The notes beneath the pieces were generated by a model, which worked only from the letters and a program-made list of their open reading frames with translations, was not told where the DNA came from and made no database searches. A stretch of 64,000 nt of DNA from a virus, in IMG/VR virus record IMGVR_UViG_3300022902_000006. One strand, 5' to 3'. Position 1 is the stretch's first letter; every line of letters starts with the position of its first letter. Of the stretch, positions 47,957 through 57,233 are shown one piece after another. The translations under genes were made by a program, and so were the position numbers.

Positions 47957-48185
47957 CTTTGGACTCCTTGGCCATATTCTCTGTAGTGGTGTCCGTCCCC
48001 CAATCCCGAGAACCGCAACACGAGCACCGTGGCAGAGGCACCGGCTCTGGTTCTTCCTTCACCGAATGTATTTTCCAAGTGCGCGGACCAATTTTCTCAA
48101 ACCAGACCGGCATCCCCGGTGCTATAGCCCTGCTCATGGTTTCTCCGTGTCCGCAGTGGTTGATTATGGCATGTCCATGGGCCAA
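47949..48185 (-). CDS. hypothetical protein
   Basis: 78 aa with a CxxC motif. Confidence 0.45.
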   Translation of the reverse strand: MAHGHAIINHCGHGETMSRAIAPGMPVWFEKIGPRTWKIHSVKEEPEPVPLPRCSCCGSRDWGTDTTTENMAKESKDG

Positions 48186-48412
48186 ATCAGCCGCCCAAAA
48201 ATGTGACGTTCCGCCTCGGACACAATGTTGGCGATCTTTTCGTCTCCCTGATCCCGCCCTTCCTCAACAGGATCAATGTCCACATAGATTTTATCCGGCG
48301 GCGGGGGAGGTGCATGCCGTCTCATTGTGGCCAAGACTTTCCTGGTACTCCAGAACACAATCGGCGCGGCCTCTTTGCACCACGGCGAACAGTGGTGAAG
48401 GAGGGGGGTCAA
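48164..48412 (-). CDS. hypothetical protein
   Basis: 82 aa. Confidence 0.4.
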   Translation of the reverse strand: MTPLLHHCSPWCKEAAPIVFWSTRKVLATMRRHAPPPPPDKIYVDIDPVEEGRDQGDEKIANIVSEAERHIFGRLIWPMDMP

Positions 48413-48459
48413 TCTCGCTGTACCTGATCGCTTTTCCGCACGCCAGGCAGTCCCTCTTT

Positions 48460-48786
48460 TTATACATGCCGCTTGCCGCTCCCTGTTGATTGCAGCACGG
48501 CAGACGGTCGCATCATGCTTACGTGATCCACTCCATCCTCTGCGTCACCCAGACACGGGGACTTGTCTTTGCCTGTCAGTAACGACGTAGCTGCATCATA
48601 CCCCGCCTTGTACAACACAAACGTCTTCTTCGATTGACACCCGCCGCACGTCACCTCTGCGGGGTCCTTGCTCACCCGCAACGCGGAACGTGTGTACCCG
48701 GGATGTGGTCCGCGCCCCGGGATCTTGCCACCGCACGCACTCTTCTTCGCACCATAATCGAGGTGTACCTTCTCACTTGAGGACAT
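48460..48786 (-). CDS. small Cys-rich hypothetical protein
   Basis: KVH...SACG...VTCGGC motif. Confidence 0.45.
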   Translation of the reverse strand: MSSSEKVHLDYGAKKSACGGKIPGRGPHPGYTRSALRVSKDPAEVTCGGCQSKKTFVLYKAGYDAATSLLTGKDKSPCLGDAEDGVDHVSMMRPSAVLQSTGSGKRHV

Positions 48787-49096
48787 CGCGCAGCACCTCC
48801 GGTTCCTCCAACCAGCGAACCGGCTTACCGTGGTCCAGCGCATAGCGGTACTCGCGCCGCGTCCCGTTGCCGATGTAGCCACCCGGGTTGATGACCAGCA
48901 CCTCGTTGCACAGGTCAATCTTGCGCAGGTGTAGCTCGTTCAGCGCTCGCCGCTCCTTGTCATCCTTCGGGTGGAAGTCCTTGAACACCCCAACAGTAAG
49001 CACGATGTTCCCTGCCAACGTCTCTGCACGGTTCGCAGCGTGGAACGCCTCTTCGAAGCGGGTGCTGCCGATGAGACAGACGATCTTTGTTGTCAC
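48773..49096 (-). CDS. nucleoside 2-deoxyribosyltransferase-like protein
   Basis: IVCLIGSTRF, LHLRKIDLCNEVLVINPGGYIG.GT.RE..YA...GKPV. Confidence 0.65.
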   Translation of the reverse strand: MTTKIVCLIGSTRFEEAFHAANRAETLAGNIVLTVGVFKDFHPKDDKERRALNELHLRKIDLCNEVLVINPGGYIGNGTRREYRYALDHGKPVRWLEEPEVLRDVLK

Positions 49097-49293
49097 CCCA
49101 CCACCTCCTTCCAGTCCTCACGCATTCGTTTCAGCTCCTCCAGCACACCATCCCGCAGATCGTACAAATCCTCGCAGAGTCGGACCCAGGTCACACAGTA
49201 CGCACGCTCCCAAACGAAGAGTGTGATGGAATGCGCCCCCACCTCTACACCGTAGCCCCGCTGGTTCTCACCCCGGGGAATCCACCCGCGCAT
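49093..49293 (-). CDS. hypothetical protein
   Basis: Coupled small ORF. Confidence 0.45.
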   Translation of the reverse strand: MRGWIPRGENQRGYGVEVGAHSITLFVWERAYCVTWVRLCEDLYDLRDGVLEELKRMREDWKEVVG

Positions 49294-49300
49294 CACCCAC

Positions 49301-49462
49301 TCACCTCTTATCTTTGGCATCTTTGCCCTCCTCAACGGCACGTCGGAACGCCGCCGTCAACTCCTGCCACTGCTTCAGCAACCCCTGCTGCTTGGCCCAG
49401 CGCTTCTCCTTGAGGATGGCGAGCCGGTCAGCCTTGAGCCCCTGCATGTTGTACTTGGTCAT
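49301..49462 (-). CDS. hypothetical protein
   Basis: SD GGAGG; 53 aa. Confidence 0.5.
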   Translation of the reverse strand: MTKYNMQGLKADRLAILKEKRWAKQQGLLKQWQELTAAFRRAVEEGKDAKDKR

Positions 49463-49644
49463 CTCTCCCCCTCCGTGCCTCCAGTGGTTGGATTCGGTTC
49501 GTGTTGCTTCTCCACCTCGCCGTACAGGTAGGCGTCTGAGCACTCATCTGAGCACCACACCAAGGGGATGCCCGGATACCAGTGCCACCCCGCCTTCTTG
49601 TCCCATGGCTCGCGCTTACCGCATGTCCCGCAGGTGTAGGTCAC
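49459..49644 (-). CDS. small zinc-binding protein
   Basis: CGTCG...WCSDEC. Confidence 0.55.
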   Translation of the reverse strand: MTYTCGTCGKREPWDKKAGWHWYPGIPLVWCSDECSDAYLYGEVEKQHEPNPTTGGTEGER

Positions 49645-49826
49645 TTGCTGGATCCGGTCAGATCGTGTGCCCCCTTGAGTGCCAGGTACCGCTCCTGTTC
49701 GCCACTGACCCGCTCCCTCAGCCGCTCAATCTCGGCGTCCTTCTCCTCTGCCACCTCAATAATCCTGTCCTTGAGCGCGGTAATCTCACGCTGCATTTTT
49801 CGTTGACTATCCATTTTTCTCTCCAT
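49641..49826 (-). CDS. small coiled-coil protein
   Basis: 61 aa; overlapping starts and stops. Confidence 0.5.
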   Translation of the reverse strand: MERKMDSQRKMQREITALKDRIIEVAEEKDAEIERLRERVSGEQERYLALKGAHDLTGSSK

Positions 49827-50382
49827 CTTTGAGCGCCCGCACGATGTCCTGATACAGGGTCTCGTCGTGGCTCTTGGCTAGTGGTATGCACCTGGTCAAC
49901 AGTGCGCAGGTAACGGTCATGGCGGCTACACGCTTCCGAACACGGGCCAGCTCCACGTTCAGCGCATCCACGTTATCAGCCTCTATGCCGGCCCACTTTC
50001 GCACGCCCTTAACCTCGGATCGGAGCGCATCACGTTCTTTATCCAGGGCCTCAACCCCCGCCTCAACCCGACTCCCCGAAACAATCCGCCACACGGTAGC
50101 CAGATCTGCGACGGCCTGCTCTGGAGCCCACCCGTTGCAGTTGCGGATGTGGTTGCGCTCCAGGCGCTGTAGTGCCAGCGGTGCATCGCCGTCCGATCCA
50201 TCTTGACGCCCGGACACGAGCCGGGTCAGGGTCGCGAGGGCTTCCAGGGTTTCTGCCTTGGGGTGTATGCCGAGTCGGCCTGTCGCGTTGATATAGTGCC
50301 GCACGGTGTCCAGCGCCCGCAGCCCGTCGCGCTCCTGGTCCTGGTTAGGCCTCCGATCTCGGCTGTTAGGTTTTGGATTCAT
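49807..50382 (-). CDS. hypothetical helical protein
   Basis: 191 aa. Confidence 0.55.
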   Translation of the reverse strand: MNPKPNSRDRRPNQDQERDGLRALDTVRHYINATGRLGIHPKAETLEALATLTRLVSGRQDGSDGDAPLALQRLERNHIRNCNGWAPEQAVADLATVWRIVSGSRVEAGVEALDKERDALRSEVKGVRKWAGIEADNVDALNVELARVRKRVAAMTVTCALLTRCIPLAKSHDETLYQDIVRALKDGEKNG

Positions 50383-50566
50383 TTCTCGTCTCCCCCTTGC
50401 TGCAAGCGGTAAGAAGTGGGCGTTTTAGAAAGCACCACGCGATACTGGTTTTATGGGGGTCATGGTATGCAGACACCAACTCCCACCCCTCTGCGCCTAA
50501 TTCATTCAACAATGCTTCGATACATTCACCAGGGTGCTCGCACGTCGTTTTATACTCCCACTTCAT
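50366..50566 (-). CDS. DUF4177-like protein
   Basis: MKWEYK...LNELGAEGWELVS...FLKRP. Confidence 0.75.
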   Translation of the reverse strand: MKWEYKTTCEHPGECIEALLNELGAEGWELVSAYHDPHKTSIAWCFLKRPLLTACSKGETRNESKT

Positions 50567-50748
50567 GGCTGCTCCTTAGTGGTGGGAAGCGGACGCCCCA
50601 TTGAGTCGACGGTCGGCTCAGAGCAAAGCTTGTCCATTAATTTGCGGAGGCGCTTCCTGTTGGTCTCAGAGCACTTGCCGCACCGAGTCTTCCCAGGGTG
50701 CCCGGGCATGGCTTCGGCGTATTCCATTCCGTGTTTTTTACAGATCAT
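50563..50748 (-). CDS. small Cys-rich protein
   Basis: CKKHG..CGKC. Confidence 0.5.
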   Translation of the reverse strand: MICKKHGMEYAEAMPGHPGKTRCGKCSETNRKRLRKLMDKLCSEPTVDSMGRPLPTTKEQP

Positions 50749-50954
50749 GACTGCCCCTTAGATCTGGCTCGGCGTTCCAGGTCGCACATCTCGCCCTCTT
50801 CCCTGACCTGATAGAACGCGCCCTGCCAGAAGATGGATATCTTGCTCTTGGCTTTGTGTTTTATTTCCCCAAATACCACCCCGCGCCCCAACGACAAGCC
50901 AAGGGTGAAAGCCACCAAGATCAAAATACCGCCGATTGTGTAGAGAGTTATCAC
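50745..50954 (-). CDS. small membrane protein
   Basis: N-terminal TM helix. Confidence 0.5.
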   Translation of the reverse strand: MITLYTIGGILILVAFTLGLSLGRGVVFGEIKHKAKSKISIFWQGAFYQVREEGEMCDLERRARSKGQS

Positions 50955-51442
50955 GTCACTTCTCCTGTCCGGATCCGGCCTTCGCCTTTAGTTCTGCCTT
51001 CTGTTTCGCCCTGGCCAACGGCCCGCGCCGCTTGTGCGTGCCCTTGCGCCATCCAAGGTGGCGGCGGATCACGCTGTGATGGATGCCTATGATTTTCTGA
51101 ATCTTCGGCCATGAGCAACTCCACACTCAACCAAATCAGCCACCGCGCACCCGGCAAACCCAGCGCCTGGATCCGCAACCATGTGCCGGTCGCCGCGCCA
51201 GTGGTTCGGGTCGCCGTCGTAGGGTATGCCGCACGTGGAGCAGCGGTGGACGCAGGCCCCGCACACCGCCAGCACCAGGACCGCGTCCCGTTTTAGCTCG
51301 GCGAACCTGTGACAGACGGGACACCAGCCCCATCCGCACTCCGGGCACGTCGGGCGGTGGTCATCGGCCTCGCGCTGGAACTTGTGGCCGCAGTGGTCGC
51401 ATGTGTCGCGGACTGGCGGCGGGGCGTCGTAGGGGTAGCCGG

Positions 51443-51703
51443 TCACGAGACCGCCCCCAAGTGCCACAGGAGCCGCCAGGCGATCCCCTCGTGCGCGTAC
51501 CTGGTCTCCTCACAGCCTGGTGTCGCGCAGGAGCCGCCCCAGAGGCCGTCCTTGGGTCTGAACTCATGATCGAGCCGCGGGGCCAGGAGGGTGCTCAGGG
51601 CGCGGTAGGTGGCCAGGCGTCTGGCGTATGCCTTCAGGCGGGCGCCGTTGCCTTGTTGGTGGGTTGTGCTATTCTGTTTGGACATCTGATCTCCTTGTTT
51701 CAA
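51443..51703 (-). CDS. hypothetical protein
   Basis: 86 aa; C..PGC motif. Confidence 0.4.
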   Translation of the reverse strand: MKQGDQMSKQNSTTHQQGNGARLKAYARRLATYRALSTLLAPRLDHEFRPKDGLWGGSCATPGCEETRYAHEGIAWRLLWHLGAVS

Positions 51704-51845
51704 GCCAGGCCCTGTTCACGCGGGGCCTGGTGTACCTGAGTAATACGCGTCGTACGTCCAGTGCATCCTGTACTCGTCGGGACCGAACCTTTCGAGGCCG
51801 TGATCGTAGCTGCCGCTGGTGTTGTATCTACCCATCACCACCTCC

Positions 51846-52052
51846 TCACGCGTAGTGCGCATGGTCTGGGCAATAATGCCACTCAAACCTAGCGGACCCA
51901 GGACCCCCGGGGGGTTCTATCTGCACACGCTTCATCCACCCGCTACTGCTAATCTCCGGATGCGGTTTAATCGTGGCGTCACAAGCGTCACACTCCAGTC
52001 GCACAAGAAACCTCCTGCCGGTACCCTCTTCAACTGCGTAGACCTTAGCCAT
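51846..52052 (-). CDS. small zinc-binding protein
   Basis: CDACD..YCPDH. Confidence 0.5.
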   Translation of the reverse strand: MAKVYAVEEGTGRRFLVRLECDACDATIKPHPEISSSGWMKRVQIEPPGGPGSARFEWHYCPDHAHYA

Positions 52053-52239
52053 CGATCGGCCCCTGCGGCAGAAGCGCCCAGTGTTTGCCGTCCCAGTAAT
52101 ACCACCCCAGGTCAGTCTCGACGTACCAAGCGTTGCGCTCCGTGTTGTAGCGCATGGAAAGAACCTCCTTACCGGGAGGATCAGAGAAGCTGTACTGTTT
52201 GAGAATACGTGCATGGTGCTCCGTCATCCGCATCGTCAT
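52045..52239 (-). CDS. hypothetical protein
   Basis: SD GGAGGAGG; 64 aa. Confidence 0.55.
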   Translation of the reverse strand: MTMRMTEHHARILKQYSFSDPPGKEVLSMRYNTERNAWYVETDLGWYYWDGKHWALLPQGPIDG

Positions 52240-52964
52240 GCCTCCTCCTCCTCATGTGCAGGAAGTTGTAGCTTCTCCCCCACCGCCAGCGCGTGCAACT
52301 GCCGAATAGACGAAAGGCCAAGACGCATCACCGCTGACATCGTGAACGCCTCAATCTCCGCCTTGCCTGCCACGACAACCTTCTCCGCAGCCTCCTTGAA
52401 GGACTCAACGGCAAAGGGGCGGTTGGCCTCCACCTCGCGCATCACGTACTCCAGGACACCTCGTAAGTGCTCGCGGTCTCCCTTACCGATGCGTGACTTC
52501 CTGAGTAGCGACAGCCCGTGGTCAACCTTCGCCCGGAGCTTATCGACGATCTCCGCCTGGTCCTCAACGAAGCCACGCACAACCCTCTCAACCTCTGTCT
52601 TCATCGACGGTGCGATGCCTGGCACAGATTCACCACCGAGACGCGAAAGCGTACAGGGGACACCCTCTCCCATGTTGGGCGTCGTAAGGAACTCTGCGTA
52701 TTGTGCTTGGCTCAGGTGCACTTCAACGATGTTGCGCCCCGAGGAAAACCAATACCTCAAGAGGTGAAACCGTCGCTTGCTGTGTTTGATTTTGATGCAG
52801 ATGAAAGTACCGTGGTCTTCGATTGCGGAGCCATACAGCTTGGCGTGGCCCTGCACGCGAGTCACACTGATCTGTCCGTACGCCGGATGTGTCTCCAGCT
52901 CTTCAGTCTCTCCTGGAGTAGTGCCCGGGACCTTGGTGATCTTCGGTTCGCGAGTGGGGGTCAT
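52236..52964 (-). CDS. conserved-type phage hypothetical protein
   Basis: HPAYGQI..SR..G..LYGS, EVHLS.AQ.AE, GEGVPCTL. Confidence 0.7.
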   Translation of the reverse strand: MTPTREPKITKVPGTTPGETEELETHPAYGQISVTRVQGHAKLYGSAIEDHGTFICIKIKHSKRRFHLLRYWFSSGRNIVEVHLSQAQYAEFLTTPNMGEGVPCTLSRLGGESVPGIAPSMKTEVERVVRGFVEDQAEIVDKLRAKVDHGLSLLRKSRIGKGDREHLRGVLEYVMREVEANRPFAVESFKEAAEKVVVAGKAEIEAFTMSAVMRLGLSSIRQLHALAVGEKLQLPAHEEEEA

Positions 52965-52973
52965 CAGCGCAGC

Positions 52974-53225
52974 TCAGCTATTACGTCGGATGAGTTCATC
53001 GACCCTCTCTGCCTTTGTGGGACCCTCGCTCCAACCCTTCTCCGGATCAGGGGCCTCAATTTGTTGTACTCGGTTCAGCGTCGTGGGGTGGAGAATCCAC
53101 AAGCTCCCATCCGCGAATCGCTTCCGGGGCCACGACGATCTCTTCTTCGCACGATCCCGCGTGAGGCGGTCCAGCGCACGTTTCAACGACGCACGCCGCT
53201 GCTCCTTCGACTTTCTCTTGGGCAT
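52974..53225 (-). CDS. basic hypothetical protein
   Basis: 83 aa; SD AAGGA. Confidence 0.5.
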   Translation of the reverse strand: MPKRKSKEQRRASLKRALDRLTRDRAKKRSSWPRKRFADGSLWILHPTTLNRVQQIEAPDPEKGWSEGPTKAERVDELIRRNS

Positions 53226-53253
53226 CTATTCCTTTTTTAGCTTAAAGTGGTGT

Positions 53254-54081
53254 ATGGCCAAAGATCATGTAACCAAATTCGACGCTGTAGCGGGTGGTAT
53301 CGTAACAGTAACAACCTCCGACAACATCGAAGATTGTACCAACGCCGCAGATGTCGTGGCAGTCAACGATGTTGTTTACCTCAACGCGGACAACCAAGTA
53401 GCCAAGGCAAGTGCCACTAGCGCGCACAGGGTATTTGGGATCGTCTTTGAGATAACCGACTCCACGCATTGTCGTGTTATCACAGGCGGATTGATTGAAG
53501 GCTTCAGCACTGGAATGTCAATCGGCGACGACTACTTCCTGGCGGAGAATGGTGCACTGCACCTGGTCCCCGACCCCTACCACCACCGCATCGGTTTTGC
53601 GTTCAACGCTACGGACCTGTTCCTCCGCATCGAGAAGCCCCAAGCAGTTGTCATGGGCTCGTGTCTGGTCACCACTCTCGGGGGAATAACGTTAACCACA
53701 AAAGATACGTGGTACTCGTGGACGGGGCTTTCTCCTGCGGTGTGGGCGGATGTAGATGAGGACTTGTTCACTCACGCGGATGGCGTCCTAACCCACATCG
53801 GCGGTGCACATTGCTGGGCGCTGTGTTCCTGCCACATCTACGCTTCATCCACTACGATAGGGCCGTACCACCTCGGTATTTCACACAACGGGGATGACCC
53901 TGACCTCTACAGCACCATGCGCTTAGCTGGAACAGCTAACAGCTTCACCATGCAAAGAGCCATTTATGTGGCAGAGGGCGACACATTGGAACTTATGATG
54001 CAGAAGCCCGGTGTAGACGGCTGTTGGGTACAGGTCAATACCGGGTCCTGGTTCTCTGCGGTGGGCTTGAATCTGAAGTAG
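53254..54081 (+). CDS. isolated virion-type protein (DUF2190-like N-terminus plus beta-sandwich)
   Basis: VAVNDVVYL..KASA..GIV..VITGG..GDDYFL..G matches the 2169 and 3277 domain; C1q/BclA-like C-terminus. Confidence 0.55.
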   Translation: MAKDHVTKFDAVAGGIVTVTTSDNIEDCTNAADVVAVNDVVYLNADNQVAKASATSAHRVFGIVFEITDSTHCRVITGGLIEGFSTGMSIGDDYFLAENGALHLVPDPYHHRIGFAFNATDLFLRIEKPQAVVMGSCLVTTLGGITLTTKDTWYSWTGLSPAVWADVDEDLFTHADGVLTHIGGAHCWALCSCHIYASSTTIGPYHLGISHNGDDPDLYSTMRLAGTANSFTMQRAIYVAEGDTLELMMQKPGVDGCWVQVNTGSWFSAVGLNLK

Positions 54082-54156
54082 CAACCCCAACGGGATTTGA
54101 ACCCGTGTCACCGGCGTGAAAGGCCGGTGTCCTTGGCCATGCTAGACGATGGGGTC
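54082..54156 (-). tRNA. tRNA-Glu(UUC)
   Basis: Full cloverleaf, loop CT-TTC-AC. Confidence 0.95.
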
Positions 54157-54193
54157 TAAACAACAGGGGGAACTCCTCCCCTGCTGCGGCAGT

Positions 54194-54283
54194 TTACAGC
54201 ATGAACATCATTCCGATCCAGAGCGCGATGACGACAGCGCCACCAACGGTCTGAACCAACTCTTGTTTGTCTTCCCGCGTCAT
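54194..54283 (-). CDS. 29-aa membrane peptide
   Basis: Read by hand: SD GGAGG, MTREDKQELVQTVGGAVVIALWIGMMFML. Confidence 0.5.
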   Translation of the reverse strand: MTREDKQELVQTVGGAVVIALWIGMMFML

Positions 54284-54314
54284 GTACAGTCCTCCGGGCA
54301 TTCTCTTGTACCCG

Positions 54315-54569
54315 TTAGAAGCGTTTCTTTGTGACGTACACGCGGTCCTCGTTGTCCCAATCCTCCCACGTATCGCCGTTGTCCAACTCCAGACTACGCA
54401 CGAACTCAGTGGGGTGCTTGATGACCTTGATGACCGTCAGACACTCACTCTTTTTCGGCGGTGTGTCTGTGGTGAGCGTAACGAGCATGTCACCCTTCTT
54501 GACCTTCTCTACCTTCTTCAGGGTGAGACCAGCGGGGAGCTTGGATGTCTTAGTTTTGCGTTTCGCCAT
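54315..54569 (-). CDS. basic SH3-like hypothetical protein
   Basis: VKKGDML..VIKV. Confidence 0.55.
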   Translation of the reverse strand: MAKRKTKTSKLPAGLTLKKVEKVKKGDMLVTLTTDTPPKKSECLTVIKVIKHPTEFVRSLELDNGDTWEDWDNEDRVYVTKKRF

Positions 54570-54834
54570 CTGGCTCTCCCACGAGGTGGCTCAAAAGCTG
54601 ATGACACTTCTGCTCATATGTCTGGATCCGCTCTTCAAGAGAACGCACCAGCGCCACATCCTTCGTGATGCCCGCCTCCAGCTCCATGAACTGGCGCAAC
54701 CGTTGAAAACGATCAGTGGTTGACACATCAAGGCCCAACTCCTTCGCGCGTATGTGCACACGCGGGTCCCACCCACCATTGAGCTGCGACGCCTGTACGA
54801 CGACAACCTTCGGTCCTGTACTGGTATCCGCCAT
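54550..54834 (-). CDS. hypothetical protein
   Basis: 94 aa; coupled to the YkgJ gene. Confidence 0.55.
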   Translation of the reverse strand: MADTSTGPKVVVVQASQLNGGWDPRVHIRAKELGLDVSTTDRFQRLRQFMELEAGITKDVALVRSLEERIQTYEQKCHQLLSHLVGEPDGETQN

Positions 54835-55256
54835 CAGCCCACCTTCCATTCGTTGGGTTTTGTCGCCATGGTACCACCACGCGTCATGGGCAGACCCCCG
54901 GGCGCGTGATCACGATAGAACGTCGCAATAGCGTTCTTGCAGTGCTGACTGCCTGGCGTGAAGTCCCGGCACACCTTGGGGCGCCCCTCGTAGACATCGC
55001 AGCGACAATCCACGAGGACACGCCCCTTGAGCGCGATGCACGCGGGGCCGTCTGGGTGTGACTTGTTCACCCGAAGACCTTGGTAGAAGTGTCCATGCAG
55101 GTCAGGAGAGCACACGTAACGCTGGTACGCCTCGGGGAGTCGCTCCAAGTCCGCGTCAGTCACCTCAGCGTAGTAGTTGCTGGCGTGACCGCCGCTCGCC
55201 GGAATGTCGGAGAGGCAGCAGATGCCACACTCTTGGCAGTTGAATTCCTCTGGCAT
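54834..55256 (-). CDS. YkgJ-family Cys-cluster (Zn/Fe-S) protein
   Basis: CQECGICC ... CIAL...CRCDVYEGRPKVCRDF..C. Confidence 0.85.
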   Translation of the reverse strand: MPEEFNCQECGICCLSDIPASGGHASNYYAEVTDADLERLPEAYQRYVCSPDLHGHFYQGLRVNKSHPDGPACIALKGRVLVDCRCDVYEGRPKVCRDFTPGSQHCKNAIATFYRDHAPGGLPMTRGGTMATKPNEWKVG

Positions 55257-55258
55257 GA

Positions 55259-56209
55259 CTACGCCAGCTCGTCGAGGTAGCGCTGGACGAAACCCTGCTC
55301 GTGGCCCAAGGCAACCCACTTCCAGAAGCCACGACTCAGCTCAGCGGCGTCGACGCGCGCCAGGAACTCGGTGCACTCCTTGTCGTGCTGCGCCACCACG
55401 CGCTCACCCGCGTCCTGCAGCGTATCCACCAACTGCTTCACCACCCCGTTCTCCCGCCGCAGCCGGTACACCTCATCCTGCAGCGCGTTGACGTCCTCGG
55501 GGATGTTGTTCCCCTCAGCCCAGAGCGCGCGGGTTTCCTCATCCATGGGCTCCTCGGGGGACTCGCTGGTGACACCCGCGTACATGGACTCAGCCGAGTC
55601 ATTCGCCTGAATGGCCGCGTTGTGGTCCACGTGATCCACGGAGGACGCATGCATCTCCGCCTCCTGCTCGGGGGTGAGGAGCTTCTTGAGAGGGGCGTTC
55701 TTCACCGCCTCAGTGATCTCCGCGCCCTTGCCCGTGCCGACGTTGAGTGCCATCGCCTTGAGCTTGTTGCTCTCCCACTTCCTCTTGCACACCTGGAAGT
55801 ACGCCTTGCTGACCGGGCACTCACCCTTGAACGCCGCGACCCACCACCCGGAGAAATCCTCGAAGGTGAGGGTGGGATCCGTGTCCAGGTACCGGTGGAT
55901 CATCTTCGCCTGGGAGTCACCCTTCTGCGGCTGCACCTTGGTCTTGGGGGTAAACCCTGGCTCCTTCTGAGGGAGCACCGCCGCTTCCTCACCCAGCAAC
56001 TCGATACGCTGCTTCTTGTACATGCTCTTGGCCTGGATGTAATACTTCTTCTTCACCGGGCAGATAGCGCGCTTGCCCTTACCCTGGGCCTTGCGCCACT
56101 CGTTGGTGAACTGCACGTAGTTCATCTTGACCCACGTACCATCTGCCGCGTGCTCATTGAGCACATCCCACACCTGCTGCTGCAGGCTCGGTCCTTTCTT
56201 CTTTTTCAT
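55259..56209 (-). CDS. hypothetical protein with a duplicated N-terminal motif and coiled coil
   Basis: F..W......CPV.K.Y...K repeated twice; strong codon bias. Confidence 0.65.
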   Translation of the reverse strand: MKKKKGPSLQQQVWDVLNEHAADGTWVKMNYVQFTNEWRKAQGKGKRAICPVKKKYYIQAKSMYKKQRIELLGEEAAVLPQKEPGFTPKTKVQPQKGDSQAKMIHRYLDTDPTLTFEDFSGWWVAAFKGECPVSKAYFQVCKRKWESNKLKAMALNVGTGKGAEITEAVKNAPLKKLLTPEQEAEMHASSVDHVDHNAAIQANDSAESMYAGVTSESPEEPMDEETRALWAEGNNIPEDVNALQDEVYRLRRENGVVKQLVDTLQDAGERVVAQHDKECTEFLARVDAAELSRGFWKWVALGHEQGFVQRYLDELA

Positions 56210-56211
56210 TT

Positions 56212-56988
56212 CTACGTCTCCGGATGGTTGTACGGCTGATACGTCGCCGCGTAGTTCTTCGCCACAGGCAGCTCTTCGAACTGACGCCATTCGCGCCACA
56301 AATCCTCAAGGAACCGCTGCAACATGTAACGCTTCGCCGCTTTGTCCCGGTGGCTTCCATTCATACCCCAGGGGGCGGGTCCACCTGACCCACCGCAGTT
56401 GCGACACTCGTGTCCGTAGAATGTACCCTTGCCTTTGCAAGCCATGCAGATGGGGACCATGGTGGTCTCCTTCCGCTGCTTGTAGTTGTTGTAGTGTGTG
56501 ACGTACGGCTCTGTGCCGTGCTGCAGGAACTGATTCGCGATGCGGTCTGAACGGCACTTGCGGTACGAGGATACCTGGGTAGCAGGGAGTGCACGCCCGT
56601 TGCGGGGTGCTACGCCCCACCAGGCCCACAGGGATGAGGGGTGTGGGGCCTTGCTAATATCGATCTCCCCAATCAGCGCAGCGCCGAGCGCCGGGCCAAT
56701 CCCTTTGATGTCCCGCAACCAGTGCTGCCAGAACTCCTCTTCCTTGAGCGCCAGATGCATCCGTCGGTACAGGTCCTTCTCCGACACATTCGCAACGTGG
56801 ATCATCTCCCGCGCGAAGACCGGCGTACGCCCCTTACCCACCACCTTGAGCAGCTCGATACGACACTGCTGGGTGTGGTGGTAGACACGCGCCACCTGAG
56901 CCAGCTCCGAGTAAATGCTCTTCTTGACCACCACCTTGCGCACTCTGGTTGCCCTCTTCTTGGGCGCCACCTTCTTCTTGGGCCTCAT
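56212..56988 (-). CDS. IS110 C-terminal / Nop-like RNA-binding domain protein lacking RuvC (TasA-like)
   Basis: WLRDIKGIGPALGAALIGEI...SSLWAWWG (Transposase_20 HhH motif); H.DKAAKRYM..FL..LW..WR..E.LP; CxxCxGxG Zn insert; no DEDD domain. Confidence 0.7.
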   Translation of the reverse strand: MRPKKKVAPKKRATRVRKVVVKKSIYSELAQVARVYHHTQQCRIELLKVVGKGRTPVFAREMIHVANVSEKDLYRRMHLALKEEEFWQHWLRDIKGIGPALGAALIGEIDISKAPHPSSLWAWWGVAPRNGRALPATQVSSYRKCRSDRIANQFLQHGTEPYVTHYNNYKQRKETTMVPICMACKGKGTFYGHECRNCGGSGGPAPWGMNGSHRDKAAKRYMLQRFLEDLWREWRQFEELPVAKNYAATYQPYNHPET

Positions 56989-56993
56989 GGCAT

Positions 56994-57233
56994 TTAGGGC
57001 CTCCTCTGCCCTCGCTCTTCCGGCGTCAAACAACTCGCCGGGTGCTCCATCTCATCATACTGCTTGTCCGAGATTCTTCCGTCTTTGCACAAGCCGTCTG
57101 TGAAATCGTTGAACGCCTCGCACCGTGCTACGTAGTCAATCTTTCTATCCTGCTCGTAGGTGTCACGCACACCCGGAAGTACGCACTGCGTGAACTCGCG
57201 AACCACCTGGGTCCACGTCATGTAACGACTCAC
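56994..57233 (-). CDS. hypothetical protein
   Basis: SD AGGAGG, GTG start; R.AFNDFTD.LCKDG.I motif. Confidence 0.65.
   Translation of the reverse strand: MSRYMTWTQVVREFTQCVLPGVRDTYEQDRKIDYVARCEAFNDFTDGLCKDGRISDKQYDEMEHPASCLTPEERGQRRP

Noticed and set aside
56212-56988. Active IS110 insertion sequence
   Set aside because: No RuvC DEDD domain and no evident element ends; the gene is embedded in a phage operon.
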